A DNA stretch of 45,234 nt from a bacterium (GCA_029573015.1 JAKQHK010000077.1:1-45234), one strand, 5' to 3'. Counted from the first letter of the stretch, positions 1-9,748 are shown. The notes: generated by a model not told the origin, from the letters alone. A program made the numbers and translations.

Positions 1-1
1 G

Positions 2-766
2 AGCATCACAGACAAACAGGAATTTTCCGATATACGCGCCGCAATCGATGAAAAATGTTATCAGGTGCAGGACTCTACCTGTACGATCAAGATCAGCTGT
101 CTGGCGTATGTGAATCACGACGATTTCCAGCTCACCTACAAGGATGACAGTGTCCTGGTTGAAAAAAATGACTATCTCCAAAGCCTGGAACAGATCCTGA
201 CCAATCAGGGAGGTGATTGCGAAGATTTCTCCAATCTCGTATATGCAGAACTGAATTACGCAGTCAACGCCTGCAAAGGTAACGGAGCACAGAACATCAG
301 CTACCAAGCATATACCGCGTCAGTCGGGTCAAAGCACACTATTTACTTTTCTGACAACCTCTACCTGCAGGATATGGCTGACTACAGTATACCTGCTAAC
401 TACACATCCTACTTCACTGTCTGCGGCAATCTCCCCTCTGGAGCGGAAACCGATCTCCCGACCGGTCATTGTCTCCTGGCTTTTTCGCCGGAACCTGTCA
501 ATAATTCCAACGATGTGCCGGCATTCCTGCAACCGGCTGTTCTGGTCGAACCGCAGACCGGGGAGCTGCAGCATGACCTGCGGTCTGACCTAAATATTGA
601 AATTCCGCGCTACAGCGAACCTAAAGGCAGCTACTACCTGTATCTGCTCATATCTGATTCAGACATATACCATTACAACTGGTACGAAGATGCCTACCAG
701 TGGTATGGCTATCATGACAGCCTCGATACCATTGCGAGCCTGAAAGACCGGCTGACGACTCTCTAG
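2..766 (+). CDS. Transglutaminase-like cysteine protease domain protein (5' truncated by window edge)
   Basis: Frame is open from base 2 to TAG at 766. GDCEDF catalytic-Cys motif, followed by GHC and VEPQ as candidate His and acidic triad members. Confidence 0.65.
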   Translation, partial: SITDKQEFSDIRAAIDEKCYQVQDSTCTIKISCLAYVNHDDFQLTYKDDSVLVEKNDYLQSLEQILTNQGGDCEDFSNLVYAELNYAVNACKGNGAQNISYQAYTASVGSKHTIYFSDNLYLQDMADYSIPANYTSYFTVCGNLPSGAETDLPTGHCLLAFSPEPVNNSNDVPAFLQPAVLVEPQTGELQHDLRSDLNIEIPRYSEPKGSYYLYLLISDSDIYHYNWYEDAYQWYGYHDSLDTIASLKDRLTTL

Positions 767-809
767 ACACCGGCAGACAACCAAGCGTTGCGTACCGGAA
801 TGATCCCGG

Positions 810-1274
810 TCAATTTGCTTTCTTCCGGCGCAGCAGCTTGCGCAGCTCGTCTTCCAGCGAATCAAGATCTTCAAATTCTTTATAGACAGAGGCGTAGCGG
901 ATGTAGGTGACCTTATCCATGCTGCGTAGGCGCTTCATGACTGCCTGGCCGATCTGGCGGCTGCTCACTTCGGATGTCGACATACCGCGCAGTTCAGCTT
1001 CGACTTTGGCGACCAGATCATTGATCGCTTCAGCGGGGATGGGGCGCTTTTCTGCTGCCCGCTTGATACCGCGTTCCAGTTTTTCTCGGCTGTAGGGTTC
1101 GCGCCGACCGTCTTTTTTCTGCACAGCCAGGCTGCCCATCTCCACCCGCTCGAACGTGGTGAAACGGTATTTACACTTGGCGCATTTACGCCGGCGGCGG
1201 ATGGCCAGTTCGCCCTCGATATCCCGTGAATCCACAACCCGGGTATCAATATGACCGCAACTCGGACATTTCAT
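810..1274 (-). CDS. nrdR: Transcriptional repressor NrdR
   Basis: MKCPSC..TRVVDSR..IRRRRKC..C..RFTTFER zinc ribbon, ATP cone, YIRYASVYKEF. AGGAGG RBS upstream. Confidence 0.98.
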   Translation of the reverse strand: MKCPSCGHIDTRVVDSRDIEGELAIRRRRKCAKCKYRFTTFERVEMGSLAVQKKDGRREPYSREKLERGIKRAAEKRPIPAEAINDLVAKVEAELRGMSTSEVSSRQIGQAVMKRLRSMDKVTYIRYASVYKEFEDLDSLEDELRKLLRRKKAN

Positions 1275-1291
1275 GGTGCCTTCCTCCTACC

Positions 1292-1318
1292 AAAACGCCT
1301 GCCCAAGAGCGGCAGGCG
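1292..1318 (-). terminator. Intrinsic terminator/attenuator-like hairpin between nrdJ and nrdR
   Basis: 8 bp perfect stem CGCCTGCC/GGCAGGCG with 7 nt loop, followed by TTTT on the minus strand just before the nrdR RBS. Confidence 0.6.
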
Positions 1319-1353
1319 ATACGTACTAATGAATGTTCAGCTTGCCCATTATG

Positions 1354-3531
1354 CTAAATGGTACAAGTTACGCAGCCGCCCGCGAACTCAGAACCCACCG
1401 TAACCATGTTGGAGGTATCATCAAGCTCCTGAACCACCTCTGGTTCCTTTTTTGATTTATCTTCCTCACGGGATACGCGGTTGACTTTCTCGATGTTCAG
1501 TACCTGCTCCTCACGGCTCTGATCACGGTATACGGTTACACCTTTACATCCGAGATGCCAGGCGAGCATATATACTTTTTCGATATCCTCTGTTGTGGCA
1601 TCATGGGAAAAATTGACGGTTTTGGAGACGGCATTATCGACATGCTTCTGAAACACTGCCTGCATGCGGATGTGCCATTCCGGGCTGACTTCGTGGGCAG
1701 TAACATAGATATCCCTGATTGCTTTCGGAACTTCATCGATATTCTGGACATGCCCCTGTTTGGCGATCCGGCGCATAAGCGATTCGCTGTAGAAACCTGA
1801 TTCCTTGGCTTCCTCCTCGAACAGAGCGTTGACTTCGAGCAGTTCTGTACTTTCCATGACATTGCGAATGAATGAGACGGCAAAAAGCGGCTCTACGCCG
1901 GATGAACAGCCAGCAATAACGCTGATCGTACCGGTAGGAGCGATGGTCAGCAGGGTTGCATTGCGCAGCTTGAGATTTTTGCTTTTATAAATGCTCTTCT
2001 CCCAGTTGGGGAATGTCCCGCGCTTCACAGCAAGAGCCGTAGATGCGGCTATAGCTTTGTCACGGATGAAACTGATGACTTTGTCAGCCAGACGGATAGC
2101 TTCGTCACTATTGTAGGGAATGTTGAGCAGGATGAGCATATCCGCCCAACCCATGACGCCCAGACCGATCTTGCGGTTGCTGTGCACCAGTTCACTGATT
2201 TTCTCAAGCGGGAATTTGCTCTCGTCGATGACATTATCAAGAAAATGCACACTGGTATACACGGTTTTTTCCAGTTTATCCCAGTCAATCTCCACTGATC
2301 CATTACCGGTGCTGACCATGCGCCCGAGATTAATGGAGCCGAGATTGCAGGACTCATACGGCAGCAGCGGCTGCTCTCCGCAGGGATTGGTGCTTTCAAT
2401 TTCTCCGATGGCCGGGGTGGGATTGTCCTTGTTAAGTCGATCGAGAAAAATAATACCCGGTTCGCCGTTTTTCCAGGCCATGGTCACGATCATGTCAAAA
2501 ATTTTCCGGGCATTGAGCTTGCGGGAAACTTCCTTGGTACGCGGGTTGATCAGTTCGTATTCCTCGTCCTTCTCAACTGCATCCATGAATTTCTCTGTGA
2601 TACCCACAGAAATATTAAAATTGTTCAGGGCATCGTTCTTTTCCTTGGCAACAATGAAATCAAGAATATCCGGATGATCAACCCGCAGAATGCCCATGTT
2701 GGCTCCGCGCCGGCGACCGCCCTGTTTGATCACCTCGGTGGCCATATCAAACACACGCATGAAGGATATCGGGCCGGACGCAATACCGCCGGTTGATTTG
2801 ACGATATCATCATGCGGGCGCAAGCGTGAAAAACTGAAGCCGGTACCGCCACCCGTCTGATGGATTAGGGCCGTGTTCTTGAGGGAATCAAATATTTTCT
2901 CCATAGAGTCTTCCACAGGCAGCACAAAGCAGGCAGACAACTGCCCCATTTCCGTACCGGCGTTCATGAGGGTAGGAGAATTGGGCATGAATTCCAGATT
3001 GGTCATCATTTCGAGGAATTCCTCCTCGGTCTTTTTGATGTCAGCTTTGGGGTCGTGTTTGAGGTCAGCCTTAGCAATAGCTTTTGCTACCCGTTCGAAC
3101 ATCTGCTTGGGAGTCTCAATGACTTTCCCGGTTTTGTCCTTGAGCAGATAGCGGCGCTCGAGCACCTTGGTGGCATTCAGGGTCAATTTCAGTTCGTCCT
3201 CGGCTCCGTCCAATATACGTGCCTTGGCTTCCCTGAGTTCTTTGCGCTCCTCACGATAGAGGATATAGGCTTTGGCGATCTTGACCTGACCGAGGATGAT
3301 GAGCGCTTCCTCGACAATATCCTGAACCTGTTCGACAGTCGGAATGGTATGACCGTTAAAACGTTTCTCCAGGATGAGAACCACCCGATCCGTGATGTCG
3401 GCAGAAAGTTTCTCGTCCTTGATACCCACTTCACGGGCTGCTTTATAGATAGCATTACTGATTTTTTCCGGGTCAAATTCAACAACGCGACCATCACGTT
3501 TTTTGATCTGTTTGGGTGTCAGGGATGACAT
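1354..3531 (-). CDS. nrdJ: Adenosylcobalamin-dependent (class II) ribonucleotide reductase with N-terminal ATP cone
   Basis: ATP cone (IKKRDGR), NSPTLMNAG, QLSACF, TNPCGEQPLLPYESCNLGSINL, IAPTGTIS, C-terminal CVTC. No C-terminal YY pair and no nrdB nearby. Confidence 0.93.
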   Translation of the reverse strand: MSSLTPKQIKKRDGRVVEFDPEKISNAIYKAAREVGIKDEKLSADITDRVVLILEKRFNGHTIPTVEQVQDIVEEALIILGQVKIAKAYILYREERKELREAKARILDGAEDELKLTLNATKVLERRYLLKDKTGKVIETPKQMFERVAKAIAKADLKHDPKADIKKTEEEFLEMMTNLEFMPNSPTLMNAGTEMGQLSACFVLPVEDSMEKIFDSLKNTALIHQTGGGTGFSFSRLRPHDDIVKSTGGIASGPISFMRVFDMATEVIKQGGRRRGANMGILRVDHPDILDFIVAKEKNDALNNFNISVGITEKFMDAVEKDEEYELINPRTKEVSRKLNARKIFDMIVTMAWKNGEPGIIFLDRLNKDNPTPAIGEIESTNPCGEQPLLPYESCNLGSINLGRMVSTGNGSVEIDWDKLEKTVYTSVHFLDNVIDESKFPLEKISELVHSNRKIGLGVMGWADMLILLNIPYNSDEAIRLADKVISFIRDKAIAASTALAVKRGTFPNWEKSIYKSKNLKLRNATLLTIAPTGTISVIAGCSSGVEPLFAVSFIRNVMESTELLEVNALFEEEAKESGFYSESLMRRIAKQGHVQNIDEVPKAIRDIYVTAHEVSPEWHIRMQAVFQKHVDNAVSKTVNFSHDATTEDIEKVYMLAWHLGCKGVTVYRDQSREEQVLNIEKVNRVSREEDKSKKEPEVVQELDDTSNMVTVGSEFAGGCVTCTI

Positions 3532-3591
3532 ACATTTCCTTTCTCTGGAGCCGTTTTCACAAAAAATGACCCTCTTTTCAGGCCACTCTTA

Positions 3592-3639
3592 CCACAATAT
3601 GTTGTATCGACGCGGGTATTCTAACACAACAACTTGTGG
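3592..3639. promoter_or_regulatory. Tandem NrdR boxes
   Basis: CCACAATATGTTGTAT (3592-3607) and ACACAACAACTTGTGG (3624-3639) resemble the acaCwAtATaTwGtg consensus. They are 32 bp apart and lie upstream of nrdJ. Confidence 0.9.
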
Positions 3640-3645
3640 TGTCAA
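3618..3645 (-). promoter_or_regulatory. Sigma70-type promoter of nrdJ-nrdR
   Basis: TTGACA (3645-3640), 16 bp spacer, TAGAAT (3623-3618) on the minus strand. Confidence 0.8.
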
Positions 3646-3683
3646 GGAGTTTAATCTCATACCGTTTATGTCACAGGGATAAC

Positions 3684-5390
3684 CTAGATTTTATATAGGA
3701 AAAAGCTCTCCCTGCGATCGATCAGATTGTCCTCATTCCTGAGAAATGACCATTCCGGCTTCTTCAGATCAAAAGAATCAATCAGATAGTATGCCCCAGC
3801 CGGAAGGTCTCGATACTCTGCTTCGGTGGTTACCTCCTCACAGTCCGTGCCGTGATAGCGAAGCTGATCAATAGACCAGTAGTACGTGCAATAGAGATGG
3901 TTGATCCCATACTGATCAAGCACATTCCGGATCTCCCGGGCATTTTGTCCCCAGTCAAGGTTGGAATCATTAAGCACCAGCCATTTCTGATCAGCAGGAA
4001 TCATTTCATTGAAATACGCGATATACATCGGGTAGCTGCGGGCAAGCGTCCATGCCTGCCAAACAGCAAAACCAGCAAAGCCAGCCAGCACCAGTACCCG
4101 TCTGCCACCTGTCACCGCAGTTATGCGTCTCAGCAAAACAGCTGCTGCCGCTCCCAGCAGCAGATAGAGAAAGGGATAAACAGGAAAAATATGCCGGTGA
4201 CCGATATTCATCGTTCCGAGTATGGACACGAACATAAAAAAAACAGGTGCCAGGAGCAGCATGGCATAGTTCCAGGAGATCCGTGACCGTCTCTTAAGCC
4301 AGAAACAGCATGCGGTTGCACCAGCCAAAAGCACCGGTATGGTTGTTTTAACGATAAAAGCCACCGGGAAATAGTACCACCAGCCTCCCTGTTTCGTCTG
4401 CCCGAATAGAAACGCTTCGCGCTTGATATACATGTCACGAAGCAGTAACCAGAGACCTTTAAAAAAGTGAGCTGGCATGAGGAACGGCTGCAAAGGCACC
4501 AGCTCAACCAGCCAGTACGCCTCACCTGCATGCCCCGTCTCGATAACTGTCCGATCCGGAGTAAAAGGCAGACCGTATGCTGCCCAGACCATCAGGAATG
4601 TCATACCAGCCAGTCCCAGACACCAGAAAGCGAGCTGACCAAGGCTGCGGAAAAATTGTTGACCTGCCAGACGGTCATACACCCTGAAACGAACCACTGC
4701 CATGACGATAAGAAGCGGACCGAGGGCAACCGCTGAAAATTTACCCAAAACGGCAAAACCAAGCGCCACTCCTGAGGCAAGAAACCATCCACGCGTTTTT
4801 CGCTCGAGAAACCTGCCCCAGCTGAACACAGTCAGCAGGTAGCCAAACGCAACCCCGACATCTGTGTTGATCAGATGGCCATGTGCCAGCAGATTCGGGT
4901 CAGAAAACAGTAACATTAATGCGATAAAACCGGCTATCTTGCCGAACAGCTGCCTCCCGATACCATACAGGCTGAGACCATAGAGAACACTCAGTCCGAT
5001 CATCATGAGCCGTGCGGAGTAAACCATGAGTTCCGGCTGATTGCCCGGCAGATAGAGCCAGCGGTCCGCATACGCCATGCTTTCCCGGCGGGCGTCATAA
5101 TAGTAATTATCAGTTGTCTGCAACAGATTTTCCAGCTCGTCGTCAAAGGCAATATTCTGGACGAGCAAGGGCAGTGCAGCGACCGCTTTGATCAAAACCG
5201 GATGTTCCGGATCAACGGTATAGTCACCGCGCGTCAGAACTAGATAGCCGCTGAGCAGATGCACCGGCTCATCAGATGTCGTACTGTCACTCCAGGCGAG
5301 CTGCAGCTGCACCCCAAGATATATGATGCAAGCCAGTCCGACGAGGATGATTTCTAGCAATACTGATGGGCGCTGTCTGTGTGCTGCCAT
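3684..5390 (-). CDS. GT-C fold glycosyltransferase, family 39/ArnT-like multipass membrane protein
   Basis: TSDEPVHL motif after TM1, EHP, HGHLINTD, LGKFSAV, GWWYYFP, IGHRH, DSNLDWGQ. Start placed at ATG 5390 after the miaA stop with a GGAGG RBS. Confidence 0.85.
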   Translation of the reverse strand: MAAHRQRPSVLLEIILVGLACIIYLGVQLQLAWSDSTTSDEPVHLLSGYLVLTRGDYTVDPEHPVLIKAVAALPLLVQNIAFDDELENLLQTTDNYYYDARRESMAYADRWLYLPGNQPELMVYSARLMMIGLSVLYGLSLYGIGRQLFGKIAGFIALMLLFSDPNLLAHGHLINTDVGVAFGYLLTVFSWGRFLERKTRGWFLASGVALGFAVLGKFSAVALGPLLIVMAVVRFRVYDRLAGQQFFRSLGQLAFWCLGLAGMTFLMVWAAYGLPFTPDRTVIETGHAGEAYWLVELVPLQPFLMPAHFFKGLWLLLRDMYIKREAFLFGQTKQGGWWYYFPVAFIVKTTIPVLLAGATACCFWLKRRSRISWNYAMLLLAPVFFMFVSILGTMNIGHRHIFPVYPFLYLLLGAAAAVLLRRITAVTGGRRVLVLAGFAGFAVWQAWTLARSYPMYIAYFNEMIPADQKWLVLNDSNLDWGQNAREIRNVLDQYGINHLYCTYYWSIDQLRYHGTDCEEVTTEAEYRDLPAGAYYLIDSFDLKKPEWSFLRNEDNLIDRRESFFLYKI

Positions 5391-5394
5391 GCGT

Positions 5395-6336
5395 TCAGGA
5401 CCCTCCCAGCCAGCGTAAGATATTCGCGACCACCTGGTCAGGCGGAAGCCAGAAGATCCGTTCATCCCTGCGGAACCAGGTCAGCTGCCGCTTGGCATAA
5501 TGGCGGGTATCCCGCTTAATCATACTAATTGCTTCTGGAAGCGATATCTCCCCTCGCAGATACGTGCGGCATTGTTTGTACCCAATGCCGCTCAAGGCTG
5601 GCAGATCCCAGCTGTATTTTTCAGCTAAACGCGTTACCTCGATGAGCAAGCCGTTAGCTATCATGGCATCGACCCGCTCGTCGATTCGCCGATACAGCTC
5701 CTCACGGGGAACTTCTACCCCGATCTGGAGAATATCCCAGGATGAACCTGCGGCCTGCCGCTGTTGCGAAACAGGCTGACCGGTCAGCAGACAGATCTCC
5801 AGAGCCCGTACTACCCGCCGCTTATTGCGAAGATCGATCCGCGTCAAAGCTGCCGGATCGCTCCTGCCCAGCAGCTGAACGAGTTCTGTCAGCGGTTTTA
5901 CTTCCAGCTTCTGGCGAAGCGCCTGATCATATCCGCCCGGCGGCATAACGTATCCATCAACAAGCGCCTTGATGTAGAGGCCAGTACCTCCGGCAACGAT
6001 CGGCACGATTCCCCGCTCATGCAGGTGCGAGATGATTGCGGCTGCCTGCTTCTGAAAATCAGCCGCTGAAAACGACTCATCCGGATCCAGACAATCAAGC
6101 AGATAATGCGGCACACCTTCAACCAGAACGAACTGGTCAAGAGATACGTTATCCCCATGTGGAGTTACCGCTGGCTTGGCCGTACCGATATCCATACCCC
6201 GATACAGCGTCCGGGAATCAGCGCAGATGACTTCACTGTGCATCAGACGGGCAGCCTCCAGCGCGAGAGTGCTTTTCCCGCTGGCAGTCGGTCCGCAGAT
6301 GATCACCAGACGTGATTCTTTTGGTTTCCCTGTCAC
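5395..6336 (-). CDS. miaA: tRNA dimethylallyltransferase
   Basis: GPTASGKS, ADSR..YRGMDIGTAKP, GGTGLY, IGYKQ, TRHYAKRQLTWFR. Confidence 0.98.
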   Translation of the reverse strand: MTGKPKESRLVIICGPTASGKSTLALEAARLMHSEVICADSRTLYRGMDIGTAKPAVTPHGDNVSLDQFVLVEGVPHYLLDCLDPDESFSAADFQKQAAAIISHLHERGIVPIVAGGTGLYIKALVDGYVMPPGGYDQALRQKLEVKPLTELVQLLGRSDPAALTRIDLRNKRRVVRALEICLLTGQPVSQQRQAAGSSWDILQIGVEVPREELYRRIDERVDAMIANGLLIEVTRLAEKYSWDLPALSGIGYKQCRTYLRGEISLPEAISMIKRDTRHYAKRQLTWFRRDERIFWLPPDQVVANILRWLGGS

Positions 6337-6466
6337 CTCTACCTCTTCTGACCATGATAGCTCAACTGTGAAAAAAACGCCTCGGACTGTCTGATTATCC
6401 TGAAAAAAATGGGCAGTGGATCACAGACAACCAAAAGCATCTCTATCTTAACCTCCCCCCGGGCAT

Positions 6467-6625
6467 TTATGCATCCGGTGCCTGAGGATCCGCATCAGAA
6501 CGCGTCGCATGTTTGGCAAACAGGAACGCAATAATGCCGAGGATGACGATAGAAAAACAGGTCGCGCAGACGCTCCATACTACTTTCAGCTCCTCAGAAA
6601 CGCGCTCAGAAGCCATATTTGCCAT
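6467..6625 (-). CDS. Small single-pass membrane protein (52 aa, not in ORF track)
   Basis: GGAGG 5 nt before ATG. Translation MANMASERVSEELKVVWSVCATCFSIVILGIIAFLFAKHATRSDADPQAPDA has one hydrophobic helix and is co-oriented with its neighbours. Confidence 0.6.
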   Translation of the reverse strand: MANMASERVSEELKVVWSVCATCFSIVILGIIAFLFAKHATRSDADPQAPDA

Positions 6626-6643
6626 CCTTGCCTCCTCTGATGA

Positions 6644-7006
6644 TTATCCAGCCCGGACGCCATCTGGCACTTGTGCTTCCGGGACTGCCAGCACGGGCGT
6701 AATCCCATCAGCATACCCGATATCAAAAAGCATACCTTCAGACAGCTCACCCCTGATCCGCCGCGGTTCAAGATTAACGATGAACAGGGCTTGCCTACCT
6801 TCGATTTCCCCCGGGTTCTCCCGTTCCTTTTTCATGCCCACGACAATGGAACGGATATGATCCCCGAAATTGACACGCAAACGCACCAATTTCTCCGAAT
6901 CCGCAATATCTTCTACTTTTTCAATACGACCGACACGAGCATCTATCTGTTCGACGACAGAAAAAGGGATTAATGGCTTGATCGGAGCCGGCTGATACGC
7001 ACTCAT
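6644..7006 (-). CDS. tRNA-binding OB-fold protein (Trbp111/CsaA family)
   Basis: IDARVGRI..V....SEKL..L.V.FG...R.IVVG, IVNLEPRRIRGELSEGML. Confidence 0.9.
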   Translation of the reverse strand: MSAYQPAPIKPLIPFSVVEQIDARVGRIEKVEDIADSEKLVRLRVNFGDHIRSIVVGMKKERENPGEIEGRQALFIVNLEPRRIRGELSEGMLFDIGYADGITPVLAVPEAQVPDGVRAG

Positions 7007-7054
7007 AGTGCTATCTCGCTCAATAATGAATTAGCATCGCTCTATGCACAAAAA

Positions 7055-7258
7055 TTATCCTTCGCTGTCCCGCCTGCGGCTCAGAATCATCCCGGTCATC
7101 ATGCATATGATACCGAGTATGGTCCCTGCCCATTGCTTGTACCCGAAACCGGTCCCCCATGGCTGTCCGATTCCTGTGTAATCCGCGCTCGCTGATACAA
7201 CCGTGATAATGACACCCAGGATGATGATACCGGTACGGATAAGTGGATTTTCTGCCAT
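7055..7258 (-). CDS. Small two-TM membrane protein
   Basis: GGAGG RBS. Two hydrophobic helices separated by ADYTGIG..GFGYKQ. Confidence 0.7.
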   Translation of the reverse strand: MAENPLIRTGIIILGVIITVVSASADYTGIGQPWGTGFGYKQWAGTILGIICMMTGMILSRRRDSEG

Positions 7259-7276
7259 AGCGCCCTCCTCTACTGG

Positions 7277-8194
7277 CTAAATCCATTTTTTCCATTTAAA
7301 AAAACAAAGGGAAAGACTGCTAACAATCAGCATGAAACCCAGCATGCCCCAAAAACCGAACGGATTTCCTGCCAGTGGCAACCATACCATATTCATACCC
7401 CAGAGGCCGGTTATGACGCTAAGGGGCAGCATAAGCGCAGAAAATATGGTTAAAAACTTTATGGTCTCGTTGGTCCGGTGGGTGAGCAGGCTGTCGTTGG
7501 TCGTGGATAGACCTTCGACGGTCTCGAGTTGATGCTGCAGGGTTAACCAGATTTTCTCGATATGATCGAGGATGTCATCGAAAAAAATATCAAGATCTTC
7601 AGGAAATATACCGTAACTACTGTGTTCAAAGCTGGCGATGAGATCGCGTTCCGGGCCGATGATTTTCCGAAAATTAATAATATTCCGACGCAGGACCGGA
7701 ATTTCCTGGACGGTCTGTTCGGATGGCTTGCTGAACACCTCTTCTTCTAATTTTTCCAGACTGGCAGATACCGCATCCAGAACAGGGAATGCGGCATCCA
7801 TGCATCGGTCGATAATCAGATAAAAAAGATGGACTGCCCCGGCATCAAGCAATTTGGAACGGTTTTCCCGCAGATGGCATTCTCCGATGAGCTGCTCCAG
7901 TGATGCATTGCTCTCCGTATGGATGGAGACAAGGAAGCGTTTACTCAGAAACAGGCTGATCTGCCTCGTATAGATCCGCTGGGTATCTTCGCAGTATTCG
8001 GGAAAATGCAAGATAACAAATACATGGTCCGGATATTCGTCGAGCTTGGGGCGCTGGTTATAGCTGATGCAATCATTGATCGTCAATTCGTGAAAACCGA
8101 ACCGTTCTCCGATGGCTGCCAGTTCCTGATGCGTGGGTGCCTCGACATCGATCCAGGTAAGCTGTCGAGATTCAATCACTGTTTGTATGGACAT
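7277..8194 (-). CDS. corA: CorA-family Mg/Co transporter
   Basis: WIDV..PT, QRPKLDEY, two C-terminal TMs with the GMN signature (GLWGMN). Confidence 0.95.
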   Translation of the reverse strand: MSIQTVIESRQLTWIDVEAPTHQELAAIGERFGFHELTINDCISYNQRPKLDEYPDHVFVILHFPEYCEDTQRIYTRQISLFLSKRFLVSIHTESNASLEQLIGECHLRENRSKLLDAGAVHLFYLIIDRCMDAAFPVLDAVSASLEKLEEEVFSKPSEQTVQEIPVLRRNIINFRKIIGPERDLIASFEHSSYGIFPEDLDIFFDDILDHIEKIWLTLQHQLETVEGLSTTNDSLLTHRTNETIKFLTIFSALMLPLSVITGLWGMNMVWLPLAGNPFGFWGMLGFMLIVSSLSLCFFKWKKWI

Positions 8195-8227
8195 GGTTGT
8201 ACCTTTTGTGCGCCGATACTGCTCTTT

Positions 8228-9241
8228 TTACAACTGATTCAAAAAGCGGATATCATTTTCAAACATCATGCGCAAATCATTGATCCCGTAGCGCATCATG
8301 GCGATGCGGTCGATGCCGAAACCAAAGGCAAATCCGGATACTCGTTCCGGATCATATTCGACATTGCGGAGCACCTGGGGATGCACCATCCCTGCCCCGG
8401 CCATTTCCAGCCAGCCGGTCTGCTTGCAGGTGCGGCAGCCCGTACCACCGCAAATACTGCAGGACACGTCGACCTCGAGGCTCGGCTCGGTAAACGGGAA
8501 AAAATGCGGCCGGAATCGCAGTTCTGTGCTCTCGCCAAGCAGGCATTTCAACGCATAAATACATGTCCCCTTCAGATCGGCGATGGTGATATGTTCGTCA
8601 ACGACCAGCCCTTCAAACTGGTGAAACATGGGAGTGTGGGTCATGTCATAATCACGCCGGTACACGCGTCCTGGAGCGATGATGCGTATGGGAGGGGTAT
8701 GGGTTTTCATGTAGCGGATCTGCACCGGGGAGGTCTGCGTGCGCAGAAGTACATCCGTATTCAGATAAAAGGTGTCCTGGGTATCACGCGCCGGATGATC
8801 CTTGGGCGTATTCAGCAGGGTAAAATTATATTCATCCCATTCCACTTCCGGACCGGACGCCACCTCAAAACCAATACGGGCGAAAATGTCCTCGATGAGA
8901 TTCCAGACATAGGTAATCGGATGCAGATGCCCGAGCGGGCTCGGAGCTGCCGGCAGGGTTATGTCAGTCTCTTCAGCCTGCAGATCCGCAAAAACAACCT
9001 GTAATAGTTCGGTTTTCCGGGCGTCAAGCACATCCTGAAGGTGCGTCTTAATCTGATTGGCAAGCGCGCCGATCACAGCCCGTTCCTCGCTCGCAAGCGT
9101 ACCCAGCGAACGCAAGATTGCTGTAAGTTGTCCTTTTCTCCCCAAATATTCAACGCGTAATTCCTCAAGCCGTGCTTCTGTCTTCGCATCGTTAATGCTC
9201 TGCAGTGCCTCTGCCCTCATTTTTTCCAATTGGTCATGCAT
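8228..9241 (-). CDS. pheS: Phenylalanine--tRNA ligase alpha subunit
   Basis: YLGRKG, HPARDTQDTFY, LLRTQTSPVQ, HTPMFHQFEG, FPFTEPS, GFAFGFGIDR. ATG at 9241 chosen as start. Confidence 0.98.
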   Translation of the reverse strand: MHDQLEKMRAEALQSINDAKTEARLEELRVEYLGRKGQLTAILRSLGTLASEERAVIGALANQIKTHLQDVLDARKTELLQVVFADLQAEETDITLPAAPSPLGHLHPITYVWNLIEDIFARIGFEVASGPEVEWDEYNFTLLNTPKDHPARDTQDTFYLNTDVLLRTQTSPVQIRYMKTHTPPIRIIAPGRVYRRDYDMTHTPMFHQFEGLVVDEHITIADLKGTCIYALKCLLGESTELRFRPHFFPFTEPSLEVDVSCSICGGTGCRTCKQTGWLEMAGAGMVHPQVLRNVEYDPERVSGFAFGFGIDRIAMMRYGINDLRMMFENDIRFLNQL

Positions 9242-9317
9242 CACTACCCTCACCGTATGCTAAGAATTAAGAATCCAGCGCCCGTATAGTACTACACGTA
9301 TACCAGCGCTAACAAGT

Positions 9318-9350
9318 AAAAAAAAACAGTATCCGTTGAGGGATACTGTT
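9318..9350 (-). terminator. Intrinsic terminator after rplT
   Basis: 10 bp stem AACAGTATCC/GGATACTGTT with 6 nt loop, followed by a long T run on the minus strand. Confidence 0.9.
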
Positions 9351-9379
9351 CTCTGACTTGCTAGCAGGCTGACAATCTA

Positions 9380-9730
9380 TCAGGCTTTTTTGGCTGCTGC
9401 AATAATAGCTTCGAAAGCTTTGGGCTCGCTTACCGCTAACTCAGCTAAAACTTTACGATTGATAACAATATTAGCTTTTTTCAAATTCGACATGAATTCC
9501 CGATAGCTGAGGCCGAACTGCTGAACTGCAGCATTGATGCGGACGATCCATAAACGCCGCATATCCCGTTTACGATTATGACGATCACGATAGGCGTAAA
9601 CGCCTGCATGTAGATTCGTTTCTCTGGCCTTCTTGATATGCTTGCTGCGTGTCGTCCGGTAGCCTTTTGCCCGCTGTAATTCTCTCTTGTGGCGTGCACG
9701 TGCCGTCACACCGCGTTTAACTCTGGTCAT
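9380..9730 (-). CDS. rplT: 50S ribosomal protein L20
   Basis: MTRVKRG, AKGY, YAYRDR..RKRDMRRLWIVRINAA, NRKVLAELA. Confidence 0.98.
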   Translation of the reverse strand: MTRVKRGVTARARHKRELQRAKGYRTTRSKHIKKARETNLHAGVYAYRDRHNRKRDMRRLWIVRINAAVQQFGLSYREFMSNLKKANIVINRKVLAELAVSEPKAFEAIIAAAKKA

Positions 9731-9748
9731 GAGTTCCTGCTCCCCAAC

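Noticed and set aside
7919..9004. 361 aa plus-strand ORF
   Set aside because: Antisense shadow of pheS/corA with no recognisable motifs.
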